Assembly: GCF_032191835.1 (NCBI RefSeq)
Contig: NC_083229.1
Coordinates: 87,544,001-87,608,000 of the forward strand
Direction of reading: 5' to 3'
DNA length: 64,000 nucleotides
Source: Heteronotia binoei
Taxonomy: Eukaryota
Notes under the pieces: model-generated
Seen by the model: only the letters and a program-made list of their open reading frames with translations
Database searches by the model: none
Told to the model about the DNA's origin: nothing
Part shown: piece after piece, positions 50,694 through 63,527 of the stretch
How the letters are laid out: each line of letters opens with the position of its first letter
Position numbering within the stretch: position 1 is the stretch's first letter
Position numbers and translations under genes: made by a program

Positions 50694-53600
50694 ACTGTAT
50701 GTAACCTGAACATTTTATTGCCCTACCCTATTTTACAGCCATCACATAACCAGTTATGTCAATACACACTTCTCCACTTTGGTAATAAGTTTTCCCAATG
50801 AGATAAAAACAGAAGGGTAGCCTTTGACTTGCTTCCCTTGGTTTGCATGACAAGACGGTTGCTGTATTACTCTGCACCAGTACAGCTACATTCAAATTCA
50901 GGATTAAGCTGTAAAATAAATACATTATTTAGAATGTGCATAGTGATTTTATTGAACTGTAAATCAGCCTTATTTGCTTAAGATACTACAAAATATATAT
51001 TTTAGGAGGAAAACTCCTCATGTTCTTCTATGTGCCTGGACAAGTTTTGGGCCTCTAAAAATTCATTCCACTTAGCATCTTGGCTTGAATTTGTCTAGTT
51101 TTCACTCTGGGCCTTTGATTTACCATCCTCCTGCTAAACCACCGTAAAGAATCTGGAATAAGCCCAATTCTGTTTGGCTTCAGCATTTCTAACATATCCA
51201 GCAATCATTTGCTTTTAATTACCACTCAGTTCAGCCTCTCGGACACCTCTTCCAACTTTGCAGCTTTATCAACTTCAGAAACTTCAAGGCATCTCTTTTT
51301 CATACACGTCTAATTATTTTTAGCTAGTTTTTATATTTTAAAATAATAGCAAAGAGGAAATGAAACAAGCCTTGCCAGACGACTTCTGTACAATACACCT
51401 GATTCACTTCAGCAGCGATTTCCTCACACTACTTACTGTTTGACTGTAAAAGCTTTTTAAAAAGTTGATTTAATGTCTCTGTTTATGCACAGTGTCCAGT
51501 TTCCAGAAGAGTTTAAGACTAGTGGTTTTAAACTCAATTTAGTATTTAAGCTCATTTTCACCTGTTTCCCTACGGGCCAGCAATTAGAAAAGGAAGGAGT
51601 TCAAAGAAGAAGGGTTATAACCTTGCAGTGCTAGGTTTGTGTGGTCCCCAAATGTATCTTCAGCTTCCATCCACTTAAGAAAACACTTCAGCCTCAGAAC
51701 TAGGTGTACACATCATAATGACTGATATGAATGTGTTATCTAAGGATGGTTTGTTTTTTAACCCACAGCTGCTACAAGAAACTGCAAACTGGAGAAGAAA
51801 TTGTGGCAGAAGGAAAGGAACTGTACAAAGGGCTCTTTCTTGCAAGCCATTTTTTTAAAAATAAAAATTTCATTCTCCCAGCTGCTTTTTACCCTGTTGG
51901 GGAAGATACAAATGCCTACATACTTTTTCATCATAGGGCAAAAAGTCTGGAAGGAGCAAATTTTGATATGACAGCCTACAAGGAAATTGTTAAGCACCCT
52001 TGTGTGATCTTTCAATCCAATTGCACCTTCCCACAGCTGTCTTGAATAATAATTTGAAAACCACTCTTGGAGAAAACATTCACATGCTTCACCAGCAACA
52101 CTTTTTCCTGGTGCAAGCAGCCTACCACTGGCATATAAAACAATGGTTAGCAGAATGGATTCTCATGTTCCATCTCAATTTCATATGTAATTCGACCCAA
52201 AGCTTCATGTTCAAATCTGGCTGATCTTTGTAAGAAAGAGCATATCTACTAGTCAGATGGACCTAGCTAGATATGTTCATTTTTTAAAAAAATGAAAATG
52301 TAACACTTAAATATTTTGTTAGCTTGTTGAGTTTTTTTTGGCATAAATGTAATATACATATATAAACTGTTTTCTTATTTTGAGCCCCTTTGATACCTTT
52401 TGTGGGAAAGTGTGTAGTAGATATTTTAAAGACATAAATGAGAGCATTCCTTGTTTTAAAATTTCTGTTTAAAATTTGCACAGCAATTAATCATAGAAAT
52501 ACTTTTAAAATTTAACCTTTGTATCAATGTTTCTTTGCATCCACTTTGATGTGAAATCAGTGAAAATCTTCAAAATGGTGAAGAGTTCAAAGTCAAAAGT
52601 AACTGTGAAGCACTCTGTCTGGAATTAATAGATGACAACCAAAGACTCCAATGTGGTTCCAATTGCTGTGTGCATTCCTTTGAGATGTCATCAGAAAAGA
52701 TGCAAAGACTGCAAAACAGTTATACTGTATTTTCATTCTCTCTCAAAGTACAGTTAGGTCAGTGAGATATGGAGCTTTCAGCTACAGATTAAAGCTTTTG
52801 AGGTTCTCTTCAAGCAGAGAAAGAGCTTCCTTTGTCTCTTCATCCCTCTCCCTGCCTCTCATAAACGTACTTTATACAGAACTTGCATCCAGGCCCTTGA
52901 TCATGAAAATTTGCTAATGGACTTGTTTTTCAGCTTCTACTCTCAGATCTTCTTTGCTCTATGATTGCTGCCAGACTGCCATTATTTAGCACTCCCAAAT
53001 CTAACTGTTTGTCAGAACTTAAGAACTTCAAACGGATCCCATTGCTGACACTGTTTTCTCCAAGGTGCTTCCCCCCCACACCAATTTAGAAGCATTTATT
53101 AATAGTTTGCCCCCCACCCACCAATATTTTGTTCTAATTTTTAAGGATTTACAAGAATTTTTAAGGATGACAAAATTCTATTTTGTACCTAGCAAACCTG
53201 TAACATCTAGAAGAACCAAGTGTTGGTAATATTAGGAAATATAGCATAATAATTTAAAAATGAAACACACAACTCAAGAGTAAGTAGGAATTATTTGCAA
53301 ACCTGGCAGGATAGAACAGATGCCATCTTGATCATACAAGGGTTGATTCCCTTGACTGTTATTCTATCCAAGCTCAGCTACTTCTCCTTGATCATGTCAA
53401 AATTTTGGAAGCTAGATCTTAATTTTTCCTGTGCTAAGAACCGTAGAAGCAAAAATGCCAGGTAGCTCCATTGGCTATCTGATGTCCTATTCTAAGCATA
53501 GTCAATGACTCTTGTTCTAACATGCAATGCACTAAATGGTCACAAACTTGAAATAAGGAAGCCATTCACATAATAAATTACAACAAAGATAAATGAAGCC

Positions 53601-54300
53601 AGGAACTTACAAATCCAAATCCTAAGAGAAAACCTTACACTGAAGCAGAGAGTAAGAGGTTGCATATAATTAATGTAATTTATATTCCAAATTCAAGCAA
53701 CCATTAATGAACATTGTAAACCTAGTAGCATAAACAGGAACAACATAATTCTATCCTTGAAAAATCTTAATATATTAATGCTGCAAAAGTCTGAAAAGCA
53801 ATGCATTAGGAAATTTTCTACTTTTATCTTAATGAAATTATGTGTCACAGAACACTGGCTTCACCTTAAATTGCCCCTACCTGTTCTACAGATATATTAT
53901 TTATTTTACAAAATGTATACTGCTCCTTCCTTCCCCCACATAGGCCACCAAAGCAGCTAACAGTTTTTAAAAAAATATTACAAGCAAAAACCCCTCCATT
54001 ATTAAAACAAATAAAATTAGAGCTAAAGTACATTTAAAAAAATAAAAACAACACTGGGCAAGAGCAGTTTGATTACCAGAAACTGGGATGGTGAGAAATG
54101 GAGGCATTGTGTTATAAGCTGAAAAGAGTAGCAGTGAAATGGATTACAGCTTGAAGGAATGTAAAAGCAATAGGAATTTGTGTAATAAGGAAAACCTTGG
54201 AGACACAGGTTGAAGCCCCTAGCTTTCTGAAGACTTTTTGCTTATTATCCTTTAACTAAGTTGATACTTTGTTTGCCTTGGAACTGATATATTTACATAC

Positions 54301-54832
54301 CTTGGCATTTTGTAAAGGGGGCTGGTAGCTAGATGGACGATAATACATCCTCTGAACAGGATCAGTGTGAATGTCTCCAAGAAATAGCTCTTCTACTAAG
54401 TGGTCTAAGTTATGGTGAAGGTACTGCTTCTCTACACGGATCAGCTGAAGTTCATGCATGGCAAAATTCAGAGCTCTGATGCATTCATAGCCATTTTCTT
54501 CTCTCCATATATCATAGCTCACATTCTGTTCCCAAGGTTTGTCTTCTGGTATAAATCCAGGACATGTACGGTTGACCAACTGGCTTAGTCTTCCAGCTAC
54601 TGCCTCATTGTGATAGATGATCTGTATGTTGTGCAGCTGGTAATCAGCTTCGGTCCCCCCTCGAATGATCCATGATGCTTGCCGAAGGCGAACTTTACCA
54701 CGGATAACTAAGGTATATATCGGGTTTGTGCAGCGGTTACCTCCATAGTAAAACTGGTAGGCTTTGAATGTATTATTGTGGTAGAATCTATATGATCTTG
54801 TGATGAATTCTGGGCCAGACCTAACTTCACAT
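54301..54832 (-). CDS. APCDD1: APCDD1 exon 3
   Basis: ctacag|A TGT...AAG|gtatgt; 532 nt; [34 protein letters not shown]...[13 protein letters not shown]. Confidence 0.96.
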
Positions 54833-55059
54833 CTGTAGCCAAATGAGAAATAAATTGAAAAAAAGGGAGTTTAGTAAAGTGCAACATTGTAGCCTTAATC
54901 AATTAAAGTCCAAGTAACTGTTAGTATTCTCAGCACTGCTTCAACACCTTATTATACTATGATTTTCACCATTAAAAATAGCTCTCATAACTTTTTAGAC
55001 GAAGCAGTAATGGTCACTAGCACAGAAGGCTTTCAAAGAGCAATCAGAAAGACTTGGTG

Positions 55060-55258
55060 GTCTATCTACTGGTCTTATGATGGAAGGGAGCTTCCATAGC
55101 TAGAGGTGGCAGGCCTTTGAATTGCTAGGAGTCTAAATCACAGGAATGCCTTTGCCTCTGTTTGTTGCTCTCCAGGGCAACTGGTTGGTCACTGCATGAA
55201 ACAGGATACTGGATTAGATGGACCAGATCCAGTAGGGCTCTTTTTATATTCTTACACT
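55060..55258 (+). mobile_element. CR1 LINE 3' fragment
   Basis: ...acaggatactggattagatggaccagatccagtagggctctttttatattctta, a CR1-type 3' end. Confidence 0.55.
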
Positions 55259-56310
55259 TAAAAGACAATATCTTCACCAAATGTCCTTGTTTGTTTCTCT
55301 AGTTCTTCATTCCCTTTTCAGGGTTAATTTTTCTGTTTTTCTTTTTGAGAATTTCTTCCTGAATTTGGGATTTCCACACCTCTTCCCTGAGCTTTTCCCC
55401 ACTGATATAAGTAAAGGATTTCAGTGCTGATTACTGCTTACTTTCTACTCCCATTCACTTCAGTAGCAGTTTTGCCTGAAAAAGGATTACAGGACTGGGC
55501 TTGAAGAGAACCTTATATCCCCCAAACAGGCTAAGAAAATAATTGAGAGTACACAGCTGAATAATGCAAGCTGAGACTACAAAATAAATACCTCTAACTG
55601 AATGTTTGTGATCTCAGATAAGCACTTAAGCAAGCTTGGACTAGTCAGCAAAGTTTCATAATTTCATTTTCTTAATGAACTTTGGTTTAGTTATAATTGA
55701 CATGATATGGCATAAAGTCAATGATTTATTCACTTCCCCTTTGAAAATGGGTTGTGTTGTAACACAAAAGCAACCTATAAACATGGGGTTATCAGTCACA
55801 CCATAATGAAGATTACAGCGACAGTCCTGCAAGCAACACAGCACAGCCTTCAACCTTCCTTCAACAGGGATGACAACATATAGTGCTTTGGAAGCTCTTT
55901 TGATTTTGAAAAACAGTATGATGTGGCACAACAAAGATGCAGTTATGGAGGGGTAAAACTCTGTAAGATGTTTAAAATTAGTTGACAGTTTCAAGAAATT
56001 ACTGCAGTATGTCAAGGGTGCCACAGCACTCAACAGTTTATTTCCTGTGTCCTCTTGCTTTTGGGTCTTGGTAATAAAATCCTATGAGTTGCTTCCTACC
56101 AGCTAACTGACTGCCTTATGTCTCTGAGATTTCTTATGTCTCCCTTTATGGCCATATGGGATGCAGTCCCCCCTCTTCCTCTGGAAACTGAAGCCAAAAA
56201 GTGCCTCTCAGCCAAAGTAAAAGGCCAGTCCTGGTCAGAAGTGCCCACAAGGTTGAGGACTCATGCCTATGGAGAAATGGTATAAAACAAAGTAGTGGAG
56301 TAATGCACTA

Positions 56311-56642
56311 TACGGATGGGCACAAACCTGCTCACAAGCCAAAATTTGGGCTGAACTTGGACCAGTTCAGAGCCCAGGGACCAGTTCAGAGCCCCTCAAA
56401 CATTTACTGGACTTTTGGCTGGTTCAGCTGTTAGGGGCCAGCCTTCAACAGGGAGAGGGAGCAAAACCAAAGGGTTAAATGGCTTGCAGCCATTTAAGCC
56501 TAACAGCTGAGCGGTGGACCTGTGAGCCATTTAACCCTTTAGTTTCCCCCCCTCTTTCCAAGTGATGGAGAACAAAACCAAATGGTTAAAGGCTGGCAAA
56601 CTCTGAACCAAACAGCCCTTTTTAGGTTCATACCCATCCCTA
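56311..56642. mobile_element. non-autonomous hAT-like element
   Basis: TIRs tacggatgggcacaaacc / ggttcatacccatcccta; TSD eroded. Confidence 0.55.
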
Positions 56643-56756
56643 GGGTATTATACTACTTTCCTAGATGTCTACAATATTTGACTGTCAGTCAAACTAGCTT
56701 AGTCTGTCTGGCTTGTGTTTTTCTACAGTTTGACCATCAATTGTAGATATCCTTAC

Positions 56757-56940
56757 CCAGTGGAGACCCAATGTCCCTCAATTGTTGGAGGCATCTGTAC
56801 AGTGATTCGAGCTCCATTGTGGAGATGTTTCAGCATGTGATGACACTGTGACTCCTTGAAAGTTCGCCATGCATTCTTCTCCAGTGATCGAGGGTGGGAC
56901 CTGCTGTCTGGATGAAGAAGTGCAGAACCTTCTCCTAGCC
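56757..56940 (-). CDS. APCDD1: APCDD1 exon 2
   Basis: tttatag|GG...TGG|gtaagg; 184 nt; (G)[60 protein letters not shown](G); the signal-peptide exon 1 is outside the window. Confidence 0.96.
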
Positions 56941-57132
56941 CTATAAAAATTGAAAAGGAGATATAAAAGAACTTCAGTGAACAGTCAACATTTTCTGTTG
57001 CTACCCATCAAGACATTTGAATATGCTTTCTGTGCTCCTGGCAGATTTTATTACTGATTTGCAAGTTCATTCTTGTACTTGCATGTCAGCACTAACTTAG
57101 GAGGATCAATATATTTTATCTTTAGATATGAG

Positions 57133-57250
57133 CAGAGCTTTGTCTGTAGAACAAGCCCAGCAGAAACTCATTTGCATATTAGGCCACACCCCCTGACACC
57201 AAGCCAGCCGGAACTGCGTTCCTGTACATTCCTGCTCAAAAAAAGCCCTG
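57133..57250. mobile_element. MITE with cagggcttttt TIRs
   Basis: TSD gatatgag/gttatgag (7/8). Confidence 0.85.
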
Positions 57251-57332
57251 GTTATGAGAAGTTTTCTGACACGTTTTGGTCAAAATACATTGGCAGAATT
57301 GCCACATTACAAAAGGCATGAATCCTTACAAG

Positions 57333-58849
57333 CAGCCCCGTAGCCCGGATTTGAAGAATTGGGGGCCCTTGATTTTTTTCAGGGGGCACATAGTGGCCGC
57401 AACCTCCATGGCCTTCTCTCCTACCACCGCTGAGGAGGAAAGCTGCCAGCTCGCTGCCATACAGCCTCCCCCCCAGTTGCCCCAAGGTGATTCCTTTCCA
57501 CCCCTATTCCAGCAGCTCTGGTGGGGAGCCACTCAGAGGTTTAGATACGTGCTGTATGGCCTCCTGCCCTTACCTGTAACATGACCCAGCTAGGCAAGTC
57601 CAGCGGGACAAGGGGGAGTGGTGGAAGGCACCACCAAGTTGCAACTGACTTCTGGGACTACAAGACCTCCGATTCGGGTTTCTTCCAGTCGGAGGGCAAG
57701 CCGAGGCTACCCAAGCGCAGCTCCCACCCTCACTTGGGTGGCCAGCAAGACCAGGCCAGAAAACCCCTGCAGGCAAACATCACCTCTCCACTGATCCCCA
57801 GGCACGGATTGCAGCTGGGACCTCCACTTGTGTGCACCAGCCTACCATACCCTGCCCAGTCTGGCAGAGAAAGCCTGCAATGGAGCCACCCGCTCCCTAC
57901 CCCCGCCACCCCACTTGAGGGCTAGAACGGCCTCTTCTTGCTAGAACGGCCTTCTTCTCCCTAGCCCAACGTCAGCCTAAGGTGGAGCTTAACTTTCAGT
58001 CCTGGGCGCTGAAAGTGTTCCATTGTTTCTGTTTGGTGAGGGGTCAGAGATTTCTTCTAGCCCCTAAGGAAGCAGAAGCAACACTGAGCTTAACTTTCAG
58101 TCCTGGGTGCTGAAAATGCCCTGTTGTTTCTGCTTGCTGAGGGGTCAGAGATTTCTTCCAGCCCTTAAGGAAGCATAAGCAACAGGGAGCTTAACTTTCA
58201 GTCCTGGATGCTGAAAGTGCCCCATTTTTCTGCTTGCTGAGGGGTCAGAGATTTCTTCCAGCCCCTAAGGAAGCAGAAGCAACAGGGAGCTTAACTTTCA
58301 GTCCTGGATGCTGAAAGTGCCCCATTTTTCTGCTTGCTGAGGGGTCAGAGATTTCTTCTAGCCCATAAGGAAGCAGAAGCAACACGGAGCTTAACTTTCA
58401 GTCCTGGGCGCTGAAAGTGCCCCATTGTTTCTGCTTGCTGAGGGGTCAGAGATTACTTCCAGCCCCTAAGGAAGCAGAAGCAACAGGGGGCTTAACTTTC
58501 AGTCCTGGGTGCTGAAAGTGCCCAGTTGTTTCTGCTTGCTAAGGGGTCAGAGATTTCTTCCAGCCTCCAAGGAAGCAGAAGCAACACAGAGCTTAACTTT
58601 CAGTCCTGGGCACTTTCATTGTTTCTGCTTGCTGAGGGGTCAGGGAATTTTTCCAGCCCCTAATCAAGCAGAAGCAACTGTGTATGATCATGTCCCCTAA
58701 GCAAGCAGAAGCAATGGTGTATGATGACGGCAGAATGGAGAAGGATGCAGCTGAGGCATTGGAGGCTGGTTAGGGGCCCCAAGTCAGGGGGCCCTGCCTA
58801 GCAGTCAGGAGGCTGTGCCCCCACAGGCCTCCTCTTAGCTACGGGCCTG
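57333..58849. mobile_element. non-autonomous hAT element (1.5 kb) carrying a hairpin minisatellite
   Basis: TIRs cagccccgtagc / gctacgggcctg; TSD cttacaag/ctcacaag (7/8). Confidence 0.8.
57985..58700. repeat. ~100-bp tandem repeat, 7 units (last one partial), each unit with two hairpins
   Basis: (g)gcttaactttcagtcctgg unit starts at 57985, 58086, 58187, 58287, 58387, 58488 and 58589. Confidence 0.95.
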
Positions 58850-60968
58850 CTCACAAGCCTGAAAATTCAAAGTTTTATTGGCCTATCTATGTCACCCTGT
58901 CAAAGTCCTAGACCAAAGTCCTAGGCCAAAACTCTTTGGGGGTGAGGGCTGCAGAACACAAAATTATAAAACCCTGGAGTGTGAAAATTACAAAACCCTG
59001 GGGTGTGACCACCTCACACACTAGCCCTTTCGACTATCCCAATGGTCAGAGACCAAAGGGCAAGCTTCTAACCTTCCCAGGACTAAACAATTCCACCCTA
59101 AAAGGTAGGTTTGCAGAATGAGTTTCTCAGAAAAGCAAATTACTCTGGTAGGTGGAAAGCCAGTTTAAGCTCTGGACTTCAGTTGAGGTGAATTGAAGGC
59201 AAATAACCACAAAGTAAATTAAAATATATATTTTATTAAGGTGCAAGAATATTTTCAAAAGTGACGGTAACTGTGATGATAAAAATAAGAAAGCTATAAA
59301 TACCAATGCTACCTTAACAGTAATACATTGGTTCCAAATATTATAGGTTACAATTCAAAGGTAAAGCTCCAGTAATGCAGAAGTGGCTCTCTCCTGAGAG
59401 TCAGCTTAGCCAGGAGCTGTCTGGCTCTCACAAGCAGCATTCAATATGGCCACAGTGAGCATAATTATGACTGCATGTCAGGATCGCAGACAGTTACCAT
59501 CAAGCTTAAAGAATAAACTAGAATCCTACTTCTTTATGGGTAAGGGGCCCTTATGGTCTCAGGCCTAAAGATCAATAGTGTCCCTAAGTGGTGATGTATA
59601 GCCTGTTCACCAGGCCAATAAGGAACCAGATGACCTATGCAGTGGTCTGACCAGGGGAAGAAGAAACAAAACTATCTGTAGCTAGATTTGGCTGTTTCCC
59701 ACAAGTGTTTAACTGAATGGAATGTGGCTAATTGGAGCTGGTACTGGGCTCCTTGACTCCCCTCTGCAGCTGGCATTATCTGCAATTTCACAAGGTCAGT
59801 TTGACTCAACTTTAGTAAGGCTGTTTCTCAACTGTATTAACCCACAAGCAGGCTGCATTTGAAGCCTGAACCAAACTTTCAAACAGACAATAAATTTTAG
59901 GGAACATGTTTTCTTCATACATCCCTGGGAACAATAAACACAATCAGTAAAATATTCGGGAGATTTCAGAATGTGTGGAAAGAACACTATAATCGTATAG
60001 GATTTATTGATTGAGGAATATGATCCCTTACAGTGTGCTCTGTGAAAAAATGCATTTTTGGGGTTGAGGTCTGACCTGAGTAAAACCTTTACCTGGAGGT
60101 TTTAAAAGTGTTTTTCTCTGGACAAGGGAACAGGCAGGAGGGGAAAGTCAGTTCAACAGCTTTCTAGCCTCATCTCAGCTACCTCTTAAGAAAAATTCCA
60201 GCTAGAGACAATAGCTCCCCCCCTTCAAGAAGGGAACAGAGATTTGGAGATATGAAAGACTAGACAAACTTCAGGGAGAAACTTCTGGAGACTTCAGGAA
60301 AATCTTCTTTGGCCCAGCCTGACCTGGTCAGTGAGTGGGGGAAAGAGAGATGATAAAACTCCTGGGAGCAAAGAGGGAGCTCTTTTGTGTTGAGTCCATC
60401 AGAGTACACAGAACTCTTAACTGAGGTCTGGAGAAGGTAGCCATTGCCATGTGCTGGCCTACATCTGATATAATAGAAAGGTAATAGAAGCTCAGTAGAG
60501 ATCTGTAACTTTCTAAGCTAAGGAGCCTGCCTTATATTTAACAACAGATAGTGCATGTATAGAGGGAGGAACAGAAGAATTGCATTTTACCCTTTTCTTT
60601 TGAATCCCTTGCTCAGTCTGGTGCTGTGCTAAAAGTATGCTTGTAAAATTTTTCTTTTTAATGAACACTTTATAATTTTTAATAATGGTAGTGGTTCTCT
60701 GTACCACATAGCCTCCACCATCTCAGACATGCTATTTTAAAAGGAGTGCCGGGGGAAGGCACGCAGTTGGCAAACAACTATTCCTCAGGGTAAATCGTCC
60801 CCATGGCAACCAGGTGTTGGGCAGTGGGAGACAAAGGGGCAAGGCCTCAGAACTTGGAAGGCAAGCTGGGAGTCCTGAGCCTCCCAACAGGCAATTCCTA
60901 CAAAGGTCAAGTGGTGGTGGCAGATTACCAGAGAGAGAGAAAAGTCTCCCCAGCTGTTGAGAAAACCT

Positions 60969-61205
60969 TAGAATCATAAGAGTTGGAAGGGACTTCCAGG
61001 ATCATCTAGTCCCAACTCCCTGCACAATGCAGAAAGATCACAAATTCCCCCCCCCCACCAACACACATCCAGTGATCCCTGCTCCATGCCCAGAAAATGG
61101 CAGAATATCTCTAGGATCCCTGGCCAAACTGGCCTGAAGAAAAATTGCTTCCTGACTCCAAAGTGGCTATCAGCATTTTCCTGAACATTTAAGAAAGGGT
61201 CATGA
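60969..61205 (-). mobile_element. CR1 LINE 3' fragment
   Basis: tagaatcataagagttggaagggacttccaggatcatctagtccc..., a CR1 terminal repeat in reverse orientation. Confidence 0.75.
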
Positions 61206-63336
61206 GATAGGCTTCCCAATCCCCAGGTCCCAGTGGGGGATCCCCCATTTTTACAGGCTTCCCCCTGCCCCCAGCCAGCTGGCCAGTGGGGGAAGCCCTG
61301 CCCCCACAGTCACCATGTACCTTTAGAGCTCCAGCAGGTTTAGAGACCTGCAAACAGGTCCGTTTTTAAAATGTGTGCCTTTAAAGCTAAGCAGGAAGCA
61401 GGAAACAGGAAGCGCTTCATGGGAAATCAGCAGCTATTAGCCATGATGGCAAACAGATCCTCCATGTTCAGAAGCAGTGTATGGCTGAATATTTCTTGGG
61501 GAGGAGTCAACAACAGGTGGAGCTTTTGTCCTGGTTCACAAGATATCCGGATGGCCACCATGAGAAACAGGAAGCTGAACTAGATGGCGCATTGGTCTGG
61601 TCCAGCATGGCTTCTCTCACATTCATATGACATTTTCCAGTAGTTTCTCCCAATTCATCGCTATATGAGTAAAGAAAAGCTTTGCCTAAATTACATCTTT
61701 GTTTTTTATGCATGCTTTCCTGCATTTTAACACACATGCAGAAAACTCCTTTAATTGTATTTCTCAGAGAAGTATATTTCTGACATTAAAATACCCTGAA
61801 AGCAATTTTATTTCTTTCTGAGAAACACTGAACATGTATGTCTTAAAACCCTTCCCAATGTTAGTTTCAGAAGGTGTATCAGAGGATATTAGTTTCAGGG
61901 GGCAGCTCTGCTGGTCTTCAGTAGAACAGCTAGATTTGAGTCCAGTAGCACCTTAAAAATCATCAAGATTTTCAGGATATAAACTTTTGAGAGTCAAAGA
62001 TGACAAAGGAAGTTTTGACTTTCAAAAGCTTACGTATAAGAGCAAAAACCTATTGCTCTCTAAATTTCTGCTTGCCTTGAATCTAGCTCTTCCTAATGTT
62101 AGCTATAGACCTTGCATTTAAAAACTGAAAACTGCTGGAAATCTAATCTGGTATTTAATTCAAAGTATACAGAAGATTATATTAGGTCTATTAAGTATTG
62201 AAGTATACACAAGACTACAGGTAGAGACACAATATAGTGCATCTGGATGGATTACTAGTTTACGTACTTTGAGATTCCATTAGTCAAGATTTCTTCTGAT
62301 TTACGCCAAAGTAAATAATGACCTGTCCCATTTTGGCTCCACAGAAGTGAAAGCCAAGTATAACCTATAAGCATTAAATGTAATGACAATAGTAACATGA
62401 TTTTTGTCTCTGCAACAAACTTTTCAAGTAGAAACTTGTCAGGAGCTTTAGAAGTTTCCAAAAGATAAAACACAATTGACTTAGATTAAGAATGCTTATC
62501 TAGTCAGTTACCCTACACAATTAAGTAAATATACATTAGGATTATCTTTTGATGTGGAAACTGCTAGATAACCTAACCACATGGCAAAAAATATACAGTT
62601 CCACTAGAGACTATTATGTATCACTGCCAAGCAGATGGTTTGTCTTCAACTTTACTTTAGTCACTCTGAACATCAAAAGGAGTAAAGTCTTGAAGAAATA
62701 GTCACCAAAATAGCCAGAAGACGATGAGATTCAGACAGCAGAATATTGAAGCTATTGTTTTAAAAATGTGTACGTGAGTGGGTATCGAGGACAAAAGTTT
62801 GCTTCTTCCTTGGTTTTGCCCCTCTCCAAATAAGGAGATTTTGCCCCTCCCCAACCTTGAGTGCAGCCTCTGTTCTTTCTCTCTCTGAATTCAGCAGAAC
62901 TCTCACTTAGGAAAATGAATGACAGCTCATAATCCACCACTGAGCTGGTCTTTAGGATTCCTAGTGCTGGATTAACAAACATGCATTTGGAAAGTATCAA
63001 CTGAACATCTAAACAAAACGTGGCTGAGGATGCACCTTCCCTATACATTTTCCACACATAGATCTTAAAATCAGAGATCACCATAATTATTATTGTATTA
63101 TATTGTATAGTTACCATGCTTTTCACTTCCATATAGAATATCCTGTGTTTACCTCTAGATTTAGGCCATTGTTTGTTAGTACAATTCAGGCTCATTATAG
63201 GGTTGTCAAGGTGAGACATCATCAGAAGTGGTTTACCATTGTCTTCTTCTGCACAGTACTGGCCTTAACTGAAGTCTCACTGCCCTTGCCTATGAAAAAT
63301 TCTCCACCAGTCTCACCTTCCACTATACCTGCTGCC

Positions 63337-63527
63337 CAGAGCTTTTCTGTAGGAAAAAGCCCAGCAGGAACTCATCTGCATATTAGACCACACCCCTGAC
63401 AAAATTGTTTCACATCATTTTTTTAAAAAAAATCCAGCAGGAATTCATGTGCATATTAGGCCACACCTCCTGACACCAAGCCAGCCGGAACTGTGTTCCT
63501 GTGCATTCCTGCTCAAAAAAAGCCCTG
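63337..63527. mobile_element. MITE with cagggcttttt TIRs
   Basis: perfect TSD ctgctgcc; internal duplication. Confidence 0.85.

Noticed and set aside
57985-58700. CRISPR array or hammerhead/retrozyme satellite
   Set aside because: Units are contiguous with no unique spacers, there are no cas genes and the host is a vertebrate; I found no intact CUGAnGA/GAAA hammerhead core arrangement
58890-60460. Possible solo LTR (TG...CA ends, - strand AATAAA near 59231, short internal duplications)
   Set aside because: No convincing TSD or second LTR, and the boundaries are ambiguous
62752-63399. 156-aa (-) and 98-aa (+) ORFs as candidate APCDD1 exon 1 or a new gene
   Set aside because: No APCDD1 signal-peptide-like start with a phase-1 donor, no recognisable homology, and the + ORF runs into a MITE
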